A stretch of 38,410 bases of DNA from a virus (lineage: Duplodnaviria > Caudoviricetes), in the IMG/VR virus record IMGVR_UViG_3300033076_001195, positions 1 to 38,410 of that record, one strand, 5' to 3'. The number at the start of each line of letters is the position of its first letter. Position 1 is the stretch's first letter. The notes under the pieces are model-generated. The model ran no database searches and was not told the origin of the DNA. It saw only the letters and a program-made list of their open reading frames with translations. A program made the translations under genes and the position numbers. Of this stretch, positions 8,227 to 17,241 are shown piece after piece.

Positions 8227-10497
8227 TTAAATTTGCGTTGGTTGATTAGCATTACGAATTTGCTCGTTAATAAGCTCCGTTCCAGCTTTGACTTTCATAT
8301 CAAGTCTTTTAGCTTCACGATCAGCTTGTTTATTAGCATCTTCAAATTCAATTTTTGTTTCAAATTTATTCTGGTCATTTAGAACCTTAGCTTTTTCAAC
8401 ATTAACTTTTTGTTGCTCTAAATCTAATTTTCCGGTAATTTCTTGTGCTTTTAATTGCAATTCTTGTTGTCTAAGTTCCATTTCAGCTTGTGCCATCATT
8501 GCTTGCGGATCTGGTTTTTCCTCAACTGGCTCTTCATTTTTAAGATAATTTTCAAGATTGCGACCAACTTTAAATGGTTTTGACGCAAATATAACAAACT
8601 CATTTAGGGCATCTTTTGATATAACTCCAGTTTGAACAGCTGGCACCATAGATTGAATAGTCCCGCTAATAGTGCGGATATATTCCATTCTGTCCATTTT
8701 TTCTTGGTTTTGGTCAATTTTTACAGTGCTATCAGTTTCAATATCAATGCTAATGCAACGGAGTTTATCATCTTTGATTGTTTTAGCTAGTTTAGGTAAA
8801 TCTTTAAATTGGATAACAAAACCTTTTAACTGGTCTTGTAAGTCTTTAACTGTTTTTTGAAAACCAATTTGAACTTGTTGCTCAAGCATTGCTAGTTTTT
8901 CTTCAAAATCAGGTTGTTGCGGATTTAATAAAGCAATTGCTTGTTGTTTTTCCATTTCTAAACTTTGTTTTGCATTAGTGAGAATTAAATCAACATCAAC
9001 TACTTTTAAACCAGTAATTTTGATAATTTCATTAATTGACATTTTCTCAACTGCCAATTCAGCTAATAATCGCAATGTATCTCTAATAGTAAACTCAACT
9101 TCTTTTTGTAATGGTTGAATTCTACTAATAGCAAAATTACCTTTTAATTGTTGTGCGGTTGCGGTTTCAGAAGCAACACTAGCACCCCTCACAATATCAG
9201 ATAATCCAGTAATTTCTTGAATATCTTGTTTAAGTGCCATCTTTTCAGTTCTAAGAATAGTAATCGTGTTGGCAATTTCATTCAAAGGCTTAAATACAAC
9301 TAACTTTCTTGCATCATCAATATTTGCGGTGGTTTTAAGTGGTTTAAACTCACCATCTTCGCCATTCATGATATTTTCAACATCGCTTTTCTCGGCAAAT
9401 GAAGTATAAGCACCAGTAAATTTAGCTTGTTTAACTAAACTTGAAATTCTGTCGTGAATATCAGTTAAATCTTCTACCAGATTTTTATATTTGCTATAAA
9501 GTGGGCTAGGAAGTAATTTTTTAGACTCATTAAGCCCCATTGGCATTGGGATTGGGAAGAAATTTTTAAGATTGTAGCCATCTTCCTCGCTTGATAAAAC
9601 ATATCCATCACCAGCAAAGGTAATAAAATGGCACACTTCGTTTTCTTTGTCCCATATTTCCCAGACTTCGCACATTTTATATAAATCATCTTGTTGACTG
9701 TCTTGGTTTAGGCTTTCATATTTAACATTGGTCATTGGCACTTTCTCGCCTTTTTTGCCAAAATATTCAACCAATTCTCTTCTTGAGTAATATTTCTTAA
9801 ATGCAACCCAGCGTAATTTGTTCCACTCTTTTTCAGTGCTTTTAAGAAAATCTTGATAATCGACAAATTCAATCTTAAATGATTTTTTAGATTCATCGGT
9901 TTCGTATGATGTTTCTTCTTCGGTATCCTCGGTTTCACCTTCCGCCATATCTTCGGAATAATCTTTAGATGATGATTCATCTTCATTTTCAGATTCGCCC
10001 TCATCTTCCATTTCGGGCTTTTCTTTTTTCTTTTTAGATTTTATTTCTATTGGCTCAGGTGGAATAAAAACAATTCTTGGAATACCAATACCTTGAACTA
10101 AGTAAGCATCTCTAATCTTTTCAATTTGATTTTCAGCGTCAGATTCTTTTAACAAGTAAGTTAGCAATCTTTCGACTAACTCGCTACTTATTCTTGAAAT
10201 TTCATCATCATTGAAAAAAGATTGGGTTATATTAGCTTTTGGAAGCTTAGAAAATAAAAGCGGGCGTAAAACTTGTGTATTGCTCCAAAAAATAGGATAT
10301 GTTGATTTTAAAGATGATCTAGTTTCTTGCTCCTGCTCCTGTGATTCGTAAAGCTCTTGATATTGCTTAGCTATCTCTTTTGATTTCTCATGATAGTTTT
10401 TTGCGTTATCAATCTCACGACGCCAAATATCAACAAGCCTGCGTTCGCCTGTTAATGATGATAATTCGTCTTGTGTTTCGATTTGATTCATGTTCAT
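8227..10497 (-). CDS. Portal protein (P22-like, with C-terminal helical barrel)
   Basis: 756 aa directly after TerL; VWEIWDK, FFPIP and EITGLSDIVRG.S.ASETATAQQLK motifs; Gln-rich coiled-coil C-terminus. Confidence 0.88.
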   Translation of the reverse strand: MNMNQIETQDELSSLTGERRLVDIWRREIDNAKNYHEKSKEIAKQYQELYESQEQEQETRSSLKSTYPIFWSNTQVLRPLLFSKLPKANITQSFFNDDEISRISSELVERLLTYLLKESDAENQIEKIRDAYLVQGIGIPRIVFIPPEPIEIKSKKKKEKPEMEDEGESENEDESSSKDYSEDMAEGETEDTEEETSYETDESKKSFKIEFVDYQDFLKSTEKEWNKLRWVAFKKYYSRRELVEYFGKKGEKVPMTNVKYESLNQDSQQDDLYKMCEVWEIWDKENEVCHFITFAGDGYVLSSEEDGYNLKNFFPIPMPMGLNESKKLLPSPLYSKYKNLVEDLTDIHDRISSLVKQAKFTGAYTSFAEKSDVENIMNGEDGEFKPLKTTANIDDARKLVVFKPLNEIANTITILRTEKMALKQDIQEITGLSDIVRGASVASETATAQQLKGNFAISRIQPLQKEVEFTIRDTLRLLAELAVEKMSINEIIKITGLKVVDVDLILTNAKQSLEMEKQQAIALLNPQQPDFEEKLAMLEQQVQIGFQKTVKDLQDQLKGFVIQFKDLPKLAKTIKDDKLRCISIDIETDSTVKIDQNQEKMDRMEYIRTISGTIQSMVPAVQTGVISKDALNEFVIFASKPFKVGRNLENYLKNEEPVEEKPDPQAMMAQAEMELRQQELQLKAQEITGKLDLEQQKVNVEKAKVLNDQNKFETKIEFEDANKQADREAKRLDMKVKAGTELINEQIRNANQPTQI

Positions 10498-10516
10498 ATT
10501 TTTTTTATATTATTTA

Positions 10517-11992
10517 TTATTTTCTTTTTGTCAAGAGTTCATTTTGTTTTTTTATTTCATCAATTAATCGTTGCACTTCAAATTGCTTAGCTATTGATTC
10601 CTCTAGTGTCATTGGTTTTTTAATCTCAGCAGGTATAATTGGGCGTGTCATGCATAAATAGCGTAATGTATCCAATGCGTGGTCTTCCATGTTTGTGTCT
10701 AAATCCTCGGGCTTAGTCTTGTCATATTGCATAAGCGGAAGCGTGCGAAGTAGATTCTTGCAATTAGAAGTTATGTAAAGAAGCGGTTGTTCATCTTCAT
10801 TGCCAGTAAATCTTGCCCTTATTTGTTGCCAGCCTGCAACTCGCTTGTTGTCGGCTGGTAGCCAACCAATGTTTTGTGCTTCAAATTGATTCGCTATAGA
10901 TTGTCCAGATGACACATCAAATATTGCAGGATCAGCTCTCATCTCGTCCATTTTCTCGCCCTGTTGTAATTCTTTAATTGTCCTAGCAATGTCGGCAACA
11001 TTCATTTTTAAGCCTTCATTTGCCTTGCCAGTGCAACCATAGAATTCACGATAAACAATAATTGCACCTCTCGGAAAGCTTCTTTTAATTCCTCCGCAGT
11101 CAACAAGAGAGCCATCACTAACAGCACCCCAAAGCACACAGAAAGGGCGTGAATAACCCCAATCAAATGCTCTAATTTTATGCCAAGTATGCGGAATATT
11201 GACATAATCAATAACATGTTTTTTAGCGTCAAAGTTATCAAAATAAGCTCCTTCGATAGCGTCCCAATCACCATCTAACATTGCTTTAGCTAATGCACCA
11301 CCAAGACCTTGTAGCTTGTCAGCATAATTTGGATCATTCTTCATCAATACTTCATTATCACTTAGACGAGCAGGGATATATTGTCTGATCATTCCTCCAT
11401 CTTCAACGCTCATTTTTCTAAGTTCGAGGGGTTTACAATTGTCAATAAACATTTGCTTTACAAATTCGTGTCCAATTCCTCCGGGATTGCTACCGCACAA
11501 GATTAGGGGTAATTTATGCTTTAAATGTTCAGGCACTTCAACACCGCCAAGCCTTGCCCTACCTCTTAGAAACTTATAAATCTTTTCACTAAAATGTGTC
11601 AACTCGTCAATCAAAATTACTTGCATCTCCGCCCCTTGGTATTTGTAAACATCTTTCTCGTGCTGGCAATGGCAAAGATATATTTTTGCTCCATTTTGAA
11701 AACTGATTTCTTCCTCGGTGATTTTTACAAATTTTTCTTTAATCCAAGGAGCAAGCAACGCACGAAATCCGCTAGAGCCTTCCACATGATTTTTAAGCAA
11801 GTCAGCAAAGACTCGACGGAATAAATAAATTTGAATATTTGGAACACTAAAAGCAAGCATTATTGCGATTACTCGCATAGCGTGAGACTTACCACCGCCA
11901 GCACTACCGCCATATAATATTTCAGTAGCGGGCGAAGTCCAACATATAGATTGCTTTTCTTGAAGTTCGAAGTTTACAACATTATTAATCAT
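10517..11992 (-). CDS. terL: Terminase large subunit
   Basis: Walker A YGGSAGGGKS, Walker B ILIDELTHF, GSNPGG coupling motif, nuclease motifs AFDWG and EDHALDTLRY. Confidence 0.95.
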   Translation of the reverse strand: MINNVVNFELQEKQSICWTSPATEILYGGSAGGGKSHAMRVIAIMLAFSVPNIQIYLFRRVFADLLKNHVEGSSGFRALLAPWIKEKFVKITEEEISFQNGAKIYLCHCQHEKDVYKYQGAEMQVILIDELTHFSEKIYKFLRGRARLGGVEVPEHLKHKLPLILCGSNPGGIGHEFVKQMFIDNCKPLELRKMSVEDGGMIRQYIPARLSDNEVLMKNDPNYADKLQGLGGALAKAMLDGDWDAIEGAYFDNFDAKKHVIDYVNIPHTWHKIRAFDWGYSRPFCVLWGAVSDGSLVDCGGIKRSFPRGAIIVYREFYGCTGKANEGLKMNVADIARTIKELQQGEKMDEMRADPAIFDVSSGQSIANQFEAQNIGWLPADNKRVAGWQQIRARFTGNEDEQPLLYITSNCKNLLRTLPLMQYDKTKPEDLDTNMEDHALDTLRYLCMTRPIIPAEIKKPMTLEESIAKQFEVQRLIDEIKKQNELLTKRK

Positions 11993-12455
11993 TATTTTCT
12001 AATAATATTTTATCAGAATTATTCACAACTTTAAGCGTAAGTTGGGGAGTTATAATATTATTATTGTTTGTTAGTGATTCTTGTGATTTATAGTTTAAAT
12101 CAAACTCTTTACGATTTTTTACTTTAGCTAAATATGTAGCAAATTGCGATAACTCGCATTTTTTGCGAACACTTGCGTTTGTGTCATCATCATTTATTGA
12201 TTCGAGATGATTTCTTGCTTCTTCAATTTGTATGTATGAAGCTAATTGTAAAGCAACCTCTTTTTTTTCTTTGATTGAATCTTGATTGAGAAAGAAACAC
12301 AAATTAGCAACATTTACATTAAATTCTTTTGCTATAGAAGCGTAGCTTATATTATTGCTTATTTTGTTTAGAACATAATCAAGATTTTTTTCGAGTAATT
12401 CGAATGAATCAGCTTTTGATAATTCTTTTTTTTTTATTTCTTTTAAATCATGCAT
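11985..12455 (-). CDS. terS: Terminase small subunit
   Basis: Overlaps the terL start; N-terminal HTH-like SYASIAKEFNVNVANL; Sf6-like size and layout. Confidence 0.7.
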   Translation of the reverse strand: MHDLKEIKKKELSKADSFELLEKNLDYVLNKISNNISYASIAKEFNVNVANLCFFLNQDSIKEKKEVALQLASYIQIEEARNHLESINDDDTNASVRKKCELSQFATYLAKVKNRKEFDLNYKSQESLTNNNNIITPQLTLKVVNNSDKILLENND

Positions 12456-12519
12456 TTTTTTAGCAATTATTTAACGCGCGTGCGTGATATTTAGTTAGTG
12501 ATTGAACTAAGAATAATAT

Positions 12520-12604
12520 TTAATCAATCTAAATCATTCTAATCTATTCTAATTAATATCATCAATTAATCAATTAAATCAATTAACAATAATCAATCAA
12601 TTCA
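12520..12604. repeat. Array of degenerate AATCAAT/AATCATT heptamers upstream of terS
   Basis: aatcaatct aaatcattct aatctattct ... atcaattaat caattaaatc aattaacaat aatcaatcaa. Confidence 0.55.
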
Positions 12605-12937
12605 AGCACAATAATTTTTAAATTAATTATGTAAACTTATTTTGTCAATAAATATTTATTTACAAAGTCAATTACTTTTTTTAGCTTTCAAAAACAATTT
12701 TAATTTTGTAATTTTCAATTCAATTTTTTTTATCTTTTTTAAAGATGCAATTATCAGCTCGATAATTTCTTTTATTCTTCGATATCTTTATCTATTATAT
12801 CGTTGCTAGTTTTTTCATCCCCCCCCCGCCCCCTAGGGGGAGCGTCTTTTTCGGGGAAAAAGACTATATATATATTTAAATAAATATTATTAATATATAA
12901 GTTTTATTCTTATCTTTTATAAATTTAATAAGAGAAT

Positions 12938-12965
12938 ATTATAGCACTTTTTTTTTATTTTGCAA
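12938..12965 (-). promoter_or_regulatory. Leftward sigma70-type promoter toward the late operon
   Basis: Minus strand TTGCAA-N16-TATAAT with extended -10 TG. Confidence 0.55.
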
Positions 12966-13295
12966 GTTTTATTGCGACTCTAAGTCTCATCGACCCAAAC
13001 TAGTTTTTGGAGCCTTGATTTTAGCGTATTGTATTTTTTTGAGAATATAAAAATATTTTCAAATAAATCACTTGACATTTATTTTTAGCATTTTTTTTCT
13101 TTTATCAATTTATAATATTCTTATTAACTTCTAATTTCATCAATTTCACTTTCATTTTTTAATCATTTTTTTTCAATTTTATTTTAAATTATTTTTAATC
13201 TTTTTTTTATTATTATTTCTTAATATACTCTTTAACCCTTGAGTCTCTAAGCTTATCCCATTTTGAACAATCTATAAAATAATTTAATTTAATGC

Positions 13296-13324
13296 TTGAC
13301 AATTGTTATTTTGTGATTTACAAT
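13296..13324 (+). promoter_or_regulatory. Rightward early promoter
   Basis: TTGACA-N17-TACAAT, 70 bp upstream of the first plus-strand gene. Confidence 0.75.
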
Positions 13325-13394
13325 GTAATTTATAAAGTGATTAATTAAATTACTTAAATTAATTACTTATTTATTAACTTAAAAAACTAACTCT

Positions 13395-13655
13395 ATGAAC
13401 AAATTTACAAAAAAAGAAATCGAAGATTATAAATATTATTCTTCTAAAGACGAAGCTAAAGAGCGTAAAACTGTAAATAAAAATCATATTTACAGATTAA
13501 ACGCAGAAATTAAAGAATCTCTAGCAAAAGCAAACGCACAATTTGCAAACGAAGAAGATAAACAATTTTTTTGGGAAAGAGTTAAAAAATTAAACTCTCA
13601 AATTTTATTTTTTGAAAAAGAAAATGATTTAATCTTTAAAGCTTATTCAATTTAA
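13395..13655 (+). CDS. Early hypothetical protein
   Basis: ORF with TTAACTTAA leader after the promoter. Confidence 0.65.
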   Translation: MNKFTKKEIEDYKYYSSKDEAKERKTVNKNHIYRLNAEIKESLAKANAQFANEEDKQFFWERVKKLNSQILFFEKENDLIFKAYSI

Positions 13656-13689
13656 ATAACAATTAATATTAACTTAAAATTTATCAAAT

Positions 13690-13788
13690 ATGTCTATCAA
13701 ATTTTTCAACATCACATTCACAAAATCAAAAGTAAATAATCTTTTTATTTTTCGCTTCGGAAAATATTTAACAATTACTAATTTATAA
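13690..13788 (+). CDS. Small hypothetical peptide (32 aa)
   Basis: MSIKFFNITFTKSKVNNLFIFRFGKYLTITNL fills the gap and has the same TTAACTTAA leader. Confidence 0.4.
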   Translation: MSIKFFNITFTKSKVNNLFIFRFGKYLTITNL

Positions 13789-13810
13789 TATTAACTTAAA
13801 AACTAAAACT

Positions 13811-14191
13811 ATGAAAAACGAATTATCAAAAGAAAATTTTTTAGAATTAGCAAATGAACTTTTTTTAGAAAATCATGAATATATTTCAACATCTTCTATT
13901 TTTTCAAAAAGAAATGAAAGAAATAAAATACTTTCAAAACTTTGCAATTGCACTTCGAACGAACTTTGCGATGAAATTCTAGCAAAAAATAATATCGACA
14001 TTACAAAATTAGATGAAATTGACGAAAAATTGCATTTTGAGATGCAAAGAAAAGTCAAAGAATACATTGAAACAAAAATCTTTGATTTTGTTAGACACGC
14101 TAAGATTTTGGGCTTTAAATTAAATTTTGATATTTTTGAAAATATCGAAGAATTTAAAGAAAAAATTTATAATAGAATTATTAACAACTAA
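13811..14191 (+). CDS. Early hypothetical protein
   Basis: 126-aa ORF with AAACT-ATG leader. Confidence 0.65.
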   Translation: MKNELSKENFLELANELFLENHEYISTSSIFSKRNERNKILSKLCNCTSNELCDEILAKNNIDITKLDEIDEKLHFEMQRKVKEYIETKIFDFVRHAKILGFKLNFDIFENIEEFKEKIYNRIINN

Positions 14192-14200
14192 CTAAAAAAA

Positions 14201-14416
14201 ATGACAAATTTACAAAACTTACAAAACCAAAAACAAACTCTTTTAAATCAATTAAGCGATTTAAACAAACAAATCTATGAATTTCAATCAAATCAATTAA
14301 AAGAATTGCAAAATTTTAAATCAAATAATTCAATTCTTGAATCAATTCGCGATGAATTGTTGATAACTCTTAATGATTCTGATATTAACCAATTTTTAAC
14401 AACATTTATAATATGA
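14201..14416 (+). CDS. Hypothetical coiled-coil protein
   Basis: 71-aa ORF in the operon. Confidence 0.6.
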   Translation: MTNLQNLQNQKQTLLNQLSDLNKQIYEFQSNQLKELQNFKSNNSILESIRDELLITLNDSDINQFLTTFII

Positions 14417-14571
14417 AATTTATATTTTTAACAATTGCATTAATAGCAATATTTTGTTTCAAGCAATCGCTTCAAACAAAAACACATAAAGTTGAATTTG
14501 AAAATAAACTAGAGTTCAACGCTCACAGACTTCAAGCGGTAATCGCTGATGTTTGGGATATTAACAATTAA
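14413..14571 (+). CDS. Small membrane-anchored or exported protein (52 aa)
   Basis: ATGA overlap; MKFIFLTIALIAIFCFKQ... Confidence 0.55.
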   Translation: MKFIFLTIALIAIFCFKQSLQTKTHKVEFENKLEFNAHRLQAVIADVWDINN

Positions 14572-14582
14572 TTTAAAAACAT

Positions 14583-14858
14583 ATGGAAATTTTAAAAATA
14601 ATTCAGATCAGCTCAAGAAGCGGAGATGACGAATCAATAAATATTAAAAAAGAAATCAATCATTATCGCAATATAGTCGTTCAAAAGGGCGAGGGAGAAC
14701 AATTTAACGAAGCTTTCTATTTGCTTGAAAACGAAAATTGCGGTCGCTTCATAATTACTAAAAATCAAGCTTCTTGGAATCCTTATTTTGAAGCTATTGC
14801 GAACGCTTTAAAAAAACACGGAGCGGACGAATTGCATTATTATTTTCACAAAAATTAA
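14583..14858 (+). CDS. Hypothetical protein
   Basis: 91-aa ORF in the operon. Confidence 0.6.
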   Translation: MEILKIIQISSRSGDDESINIKKEINHYRNIVVQKGEGEQFNEAFYLLENENCGRFIITKNQASWNPYFEAIANALKKHGADELHYYFHKN

Positions 14859-14875
14859 CAATAATTAATAAAACT

Positions 14876-15049
14876 ATGAAAAATTACAAAGAAACACAAA
14901 AAAAATATTATGAAAAAAACAAGCATATAATTAAACAAAAACGCCAACGCCAGCAAGAGCGGGACGAATTAGAACAAAAATTTTATAAATACGGCTTCTG
15001 GCTTTTACTAACGGCGGGCGTGGTCAATTTAATATTAACTCAAATTTAA
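14876..15049 (+). CDS. Small protein with C-terminal TM helix (57 aa)
   Basis: AAACT-ATG; MKNYKETQKKYYEKNK...YGFWLLLTAGVVNLILTQI. Confidence 0.55.
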   Translation: MKNYKETQKKYYEKNKHIIKQKRQRQQERDELEQKFYKYGFWLLLTAGVVNLILTQI

Positions 15050-15054
15050 ATCTT

Positions 15055-15513
15055 ATGTCAATACTATTTATAATATTTATGCCGTTATTAGTGTATTTAA
15101 TGCTTCATTTTTTCTTTCGCAGAATCTTTTATCAACTTCCATATTTGGGTTTAGAAATTGAAGGTTATTATGATGATGATTACAAAAGATTAGATGAAGA
15201 AAATAAAAAAATTGAATATGGATACCCAAATATTCGTGGATTTACTAAAAACGAACATTTAGTTAGTATTTATAAAAAATTAGAAAAACTCAAAGATACT
15301 GAAAAATTTTCTCGCGAAAGTGGCAAATTTCCTGCTTTTGGGACGGGTAAAATGATAAGAATATCGGGTAATTCTGAAAAAACTTACAATCTTCTTGTGA
15401 ATCTTTCAAACAGACTGCACGAAGATGATTTGTATGTATTCGAGCGTTTTATTCTTGATAAAATTATTGAACATGACAAACAACAAGAATTATTAACAAT
15501 TAACAAACAATAA
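15055..15513 (+). CDS. Hypothetical protein with N-terminal TM helix
   Basis: 152 aa, hydrophobic N-terminus. Confidence 0.6.
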   Translation: MSILFIIFMPLLVYLMLHFFFRRIFYQLPYLGLEIEGYYDDDYKRLDEENKKIEYGYPNIRGFTKNEHLVSIYKKLEKLKDTEKFSRESGKFPAFGTGKMIRISGNSEKTYNLLVNLSNRLHEDDLYVFERFILDKIIEHDKQQELLTINKQ

Positions 15514-15514
15514 C

Positions 15515-15730
15515 ATGATATACATAAAAATTAAAGAAACCTCAGGTTTTCGTAAAAAAATAACTAAAAGCGTAATACACGCCTTTAATAAAAGAAAGCA
15601 ATCAGTATCGGGTGCCAAGTCATACTTGGACGAACATAATAAACATTTCGCTTTGACTTTAAAAATGATTAAATTGATTTTAAAAGAAAATGGAATTGAA
15701 ACTAAAAAGAAGGGGGTTAAAAATGGCTAA
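15515..15730 (+). CDS. Small basic hypothetical protein
   Basis: 71 aa, Lys-rich, coupled to both neighbours. Confidence 0.55.
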   Translation: MIYIKIKETSGFRKKITKSVIHAFNKRKQSVSGAKSYLDEHNKHFALTLKMIKLILKENGIETKKKGVKNG

Positions 15731-15911
15731 TATGTCATATTGTCGCTTTGAAAATACTTATCGAAATTTGAAAGATTGCATTGAATCTATACATGACGGA
15801 ACGGATATTAAAGATTTGCCCGACATTGAAAAAAAATATGCTTTAAAATTGCGTAAACTATGTGAAGAATATCTTGAATTAGTCGAAGAAGAGGAGGAGG
15901 AAAATGATTAG
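15723..15911 (+). CDS. Conserved small phage protein (MANMSYCRFENT family)
   Basis: Recognisable N-terminus MANMSYCRFENTYRNLKDC; AGGGGG SD before ATG 15723. Confidence 0.7.
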   Translation: MANMSYCRFENTYRNLKDCIESIHDGTDIKDLPDIEKKYALKLRKLCEEYLELVEEEEEEND

Positions 15912-16083
15912 AGAAAATCCAATTTTAATTCTTCTAGCAATGGTTTTTATTGCTGGCTTTTTAATTCTTTTCTCGCTTTGCGTTCATGAATTTAAGCGTG
16001 AAGAGCTTACGGAGCAAGACTATTACAACAAATTCTGCACGAAACATTTTGATGTATCGTGCGATAAAATTAAAATTAAATAA
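15904..16083 (+). CDS. Small membrane protein (59 aa)
   Basis: GAGGAGG SD; MIRENPILILLAMVFIAGFLILFSLC... Confidence 0.55.
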   Translation: MIRENPILILLAMVFIAGFLILFSLCVHEFKREELTEQDYYNKFCTKHFDVSCDKIKIK

Positions 16084-16085
16084 CT

Positions 16086-16226
16086 ATGAAATATCTAAAA
16101 ATATTTACTCTTGGAATAATAAACGGAGCAATTCTTAACTTTGTTGATTATTCATTTTGGCAAGAAATAGGCATTGCGTCTATTATGGCAATTATAGTCA
16201 TGATTTTATTTCGTGATAAACTTTAA
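16086..16226 (+). CDS. Small membrane protein (46 aa)
   Basis: AACT-ATG; two hydrophobic segments. Confidence 0.5.
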   Translation: MKYLKIFTLGIINGAILNFVDYSFWQEIGIASIMAIIVMILFRDKL

Positions 16227-16236
16227 TTAAAAAACT

Positions 16237-16536
16237 ATGAAAATATCTCCAAACAAAAAAAAATTAATAATCGCTTTTTTAATCTTTTTAGCTTTAATTT
16301 TAACTTTATGGGTCTTTGACTTAATGAAGTATAAAACACGCTTCCACGAGCTTAAAAACGATGAAATAATTGAACTTGAAATCCAAGTCGAAAATTTGCA
16401 AAACAAAGTTGAGCAAATGAGGGGTCAATTAGAGCATAATGAAAATGCGATTAAAAACGCTAACAATCAAATTAATCTCTATAAAGCAAAATGCCCTAAT
16501 TGCACTTATCATTTATCGGGAAACTACGAAAATTAA
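16237..16536 (+). CDS. Membrane-anchored coiled-coil protein with C-terminal CxxC
   Basis: TM helix, heptad repeats, CPNC. Confidence 0.6.
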   Translation: MKISPNKKKLIIAFLIFLALILTLWVFDLMKYKTRFHELKNDEIIELEIQVENLQNKVEQMRGQLEHNENAIKNANNQINLYKAKCPNCTYHLSGNYEN

Positions 16537-16541
16537 AACTT

Positions 16542-16700
16542 ATGACAAAAGAAACAAAATTTACAATTATAATAACATTTTTATTCTTTTTTTTAGTTTT
16601 TTTAGCTTTGGGGGGTTTTAAATTTCCAAAATGGATAAATTATGTGTTTAATTGTTCGTTGAAAATCGAAGAGCAAATTATAAAAAATGTCAAAAATTAA
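16542..16700 (+). CDS. Small membrane protein
   Basis: MTKETKFTIIITFLFFFLVFLALGG; start reassigned to 16542 from the AAAACTT-ATG leader. Confidence 0.5.
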   Translation: MTKETKFTIIITFLFFFLVFLALGGFKFPKWINYVFNCSLKIEEQIIKNVKN

Positions 16701-16712
16701 AACTTAAAACTT

Positions 16713-16880
16713 ATGGAGCAATTATTTTTAACAATCATTGTTTTGCTTATTAGCATTGCGATTATCTTTACTAACCCGTTTCTCGGTGGGCTTATTATAC
16801 TTGCTTTTTTAGTGCTTTATTTAATTCCAATTTTGGTTGAACAAATAAAAGAAATTAAAAATAATATTGACAATAAATAA
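16713..16880 (+). CDS. Small two-TM membrane protein (55 aa)
   Basis: MEQLFLTIIVLLISIAIIFTNPFLGGLIILAFLVLYLIPILVE... Confidence 0.55.
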   Translation: MEQLFLTIIVLLISIAIIFTNPFLGGLIILAFLVLYLIPILVEQIKEIKNNIDNK

Positions 16881-16894
16881 TCTATGATTACATT
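16867..16894 (+). promoter_or_regulatory. sigma70-type promoter upstream of structured RNA island 1
   Basis: TTGACA-N16-TACATT, followed by a 15-bp direct repeat AAACCTTATTTTTTT (16900-16914, 16919-16933). Confidence 0.55.
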
Positions 16895-16970
16895 GAAACA
16901 AACCTTATTTTTTTAAATAAACCTTATTTTTTTGGTAATATATTTAAAATATTGTTTTTTCATAGTTTTA

Positions 16971-17237
16971 GGGGGGAGTAGTTAGCCCCCCGTCTCACTC
17001 TCTTATTCTCTTAATGTCCTTTTCATCGGGGGTTGCTACATTAGGAGAATTGGATAGTGAAAAGCCTACACTGCTTGATAAGATACAGCGGTAATGAACG
17101 AAGTAAATTAGCGGAGAAATCCAGCTAACAGTCGCAAGACTGCTATCCTTTCTTTTCATTTTAAACTTGGTGCGAGCAAGTTTATATATATGAAGTGTAG
17201 CCCGCACGCTACACTTCGCCAAAATCAAAGTGCGGAG
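16971..17237 (+). ncRNA. Structured non-coding RNA or 5' leader (island 1)
   Basis: GC-enriched intergenic region with many stems, GAAA and GCAA tetraloops, and a multibranch junction closed by GGATAG/CTATCC. Confidence 0.6.
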
Positions 17238-17241
17238 CAAA

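Noticed and set aside
9890-10045. Long acidic/lysine insertion in the portal
   Set aside because: Low-complexity loop with no intein or mobile-element motifs.
7550-10534. Minus-strand TTGACA boxes just upstream of the scaffold (7572-77) and portal (10529-34) genes
   Set aside because: The -10 matches are weak with 16-bp spacers and would start at or past the ATG; could be chance in AT-rich DNA.
6084-11824. Multiple short antisense or off-frame ORFs within structural genes
   Set aside because: Shadow ORFs of long, well-supported genes.
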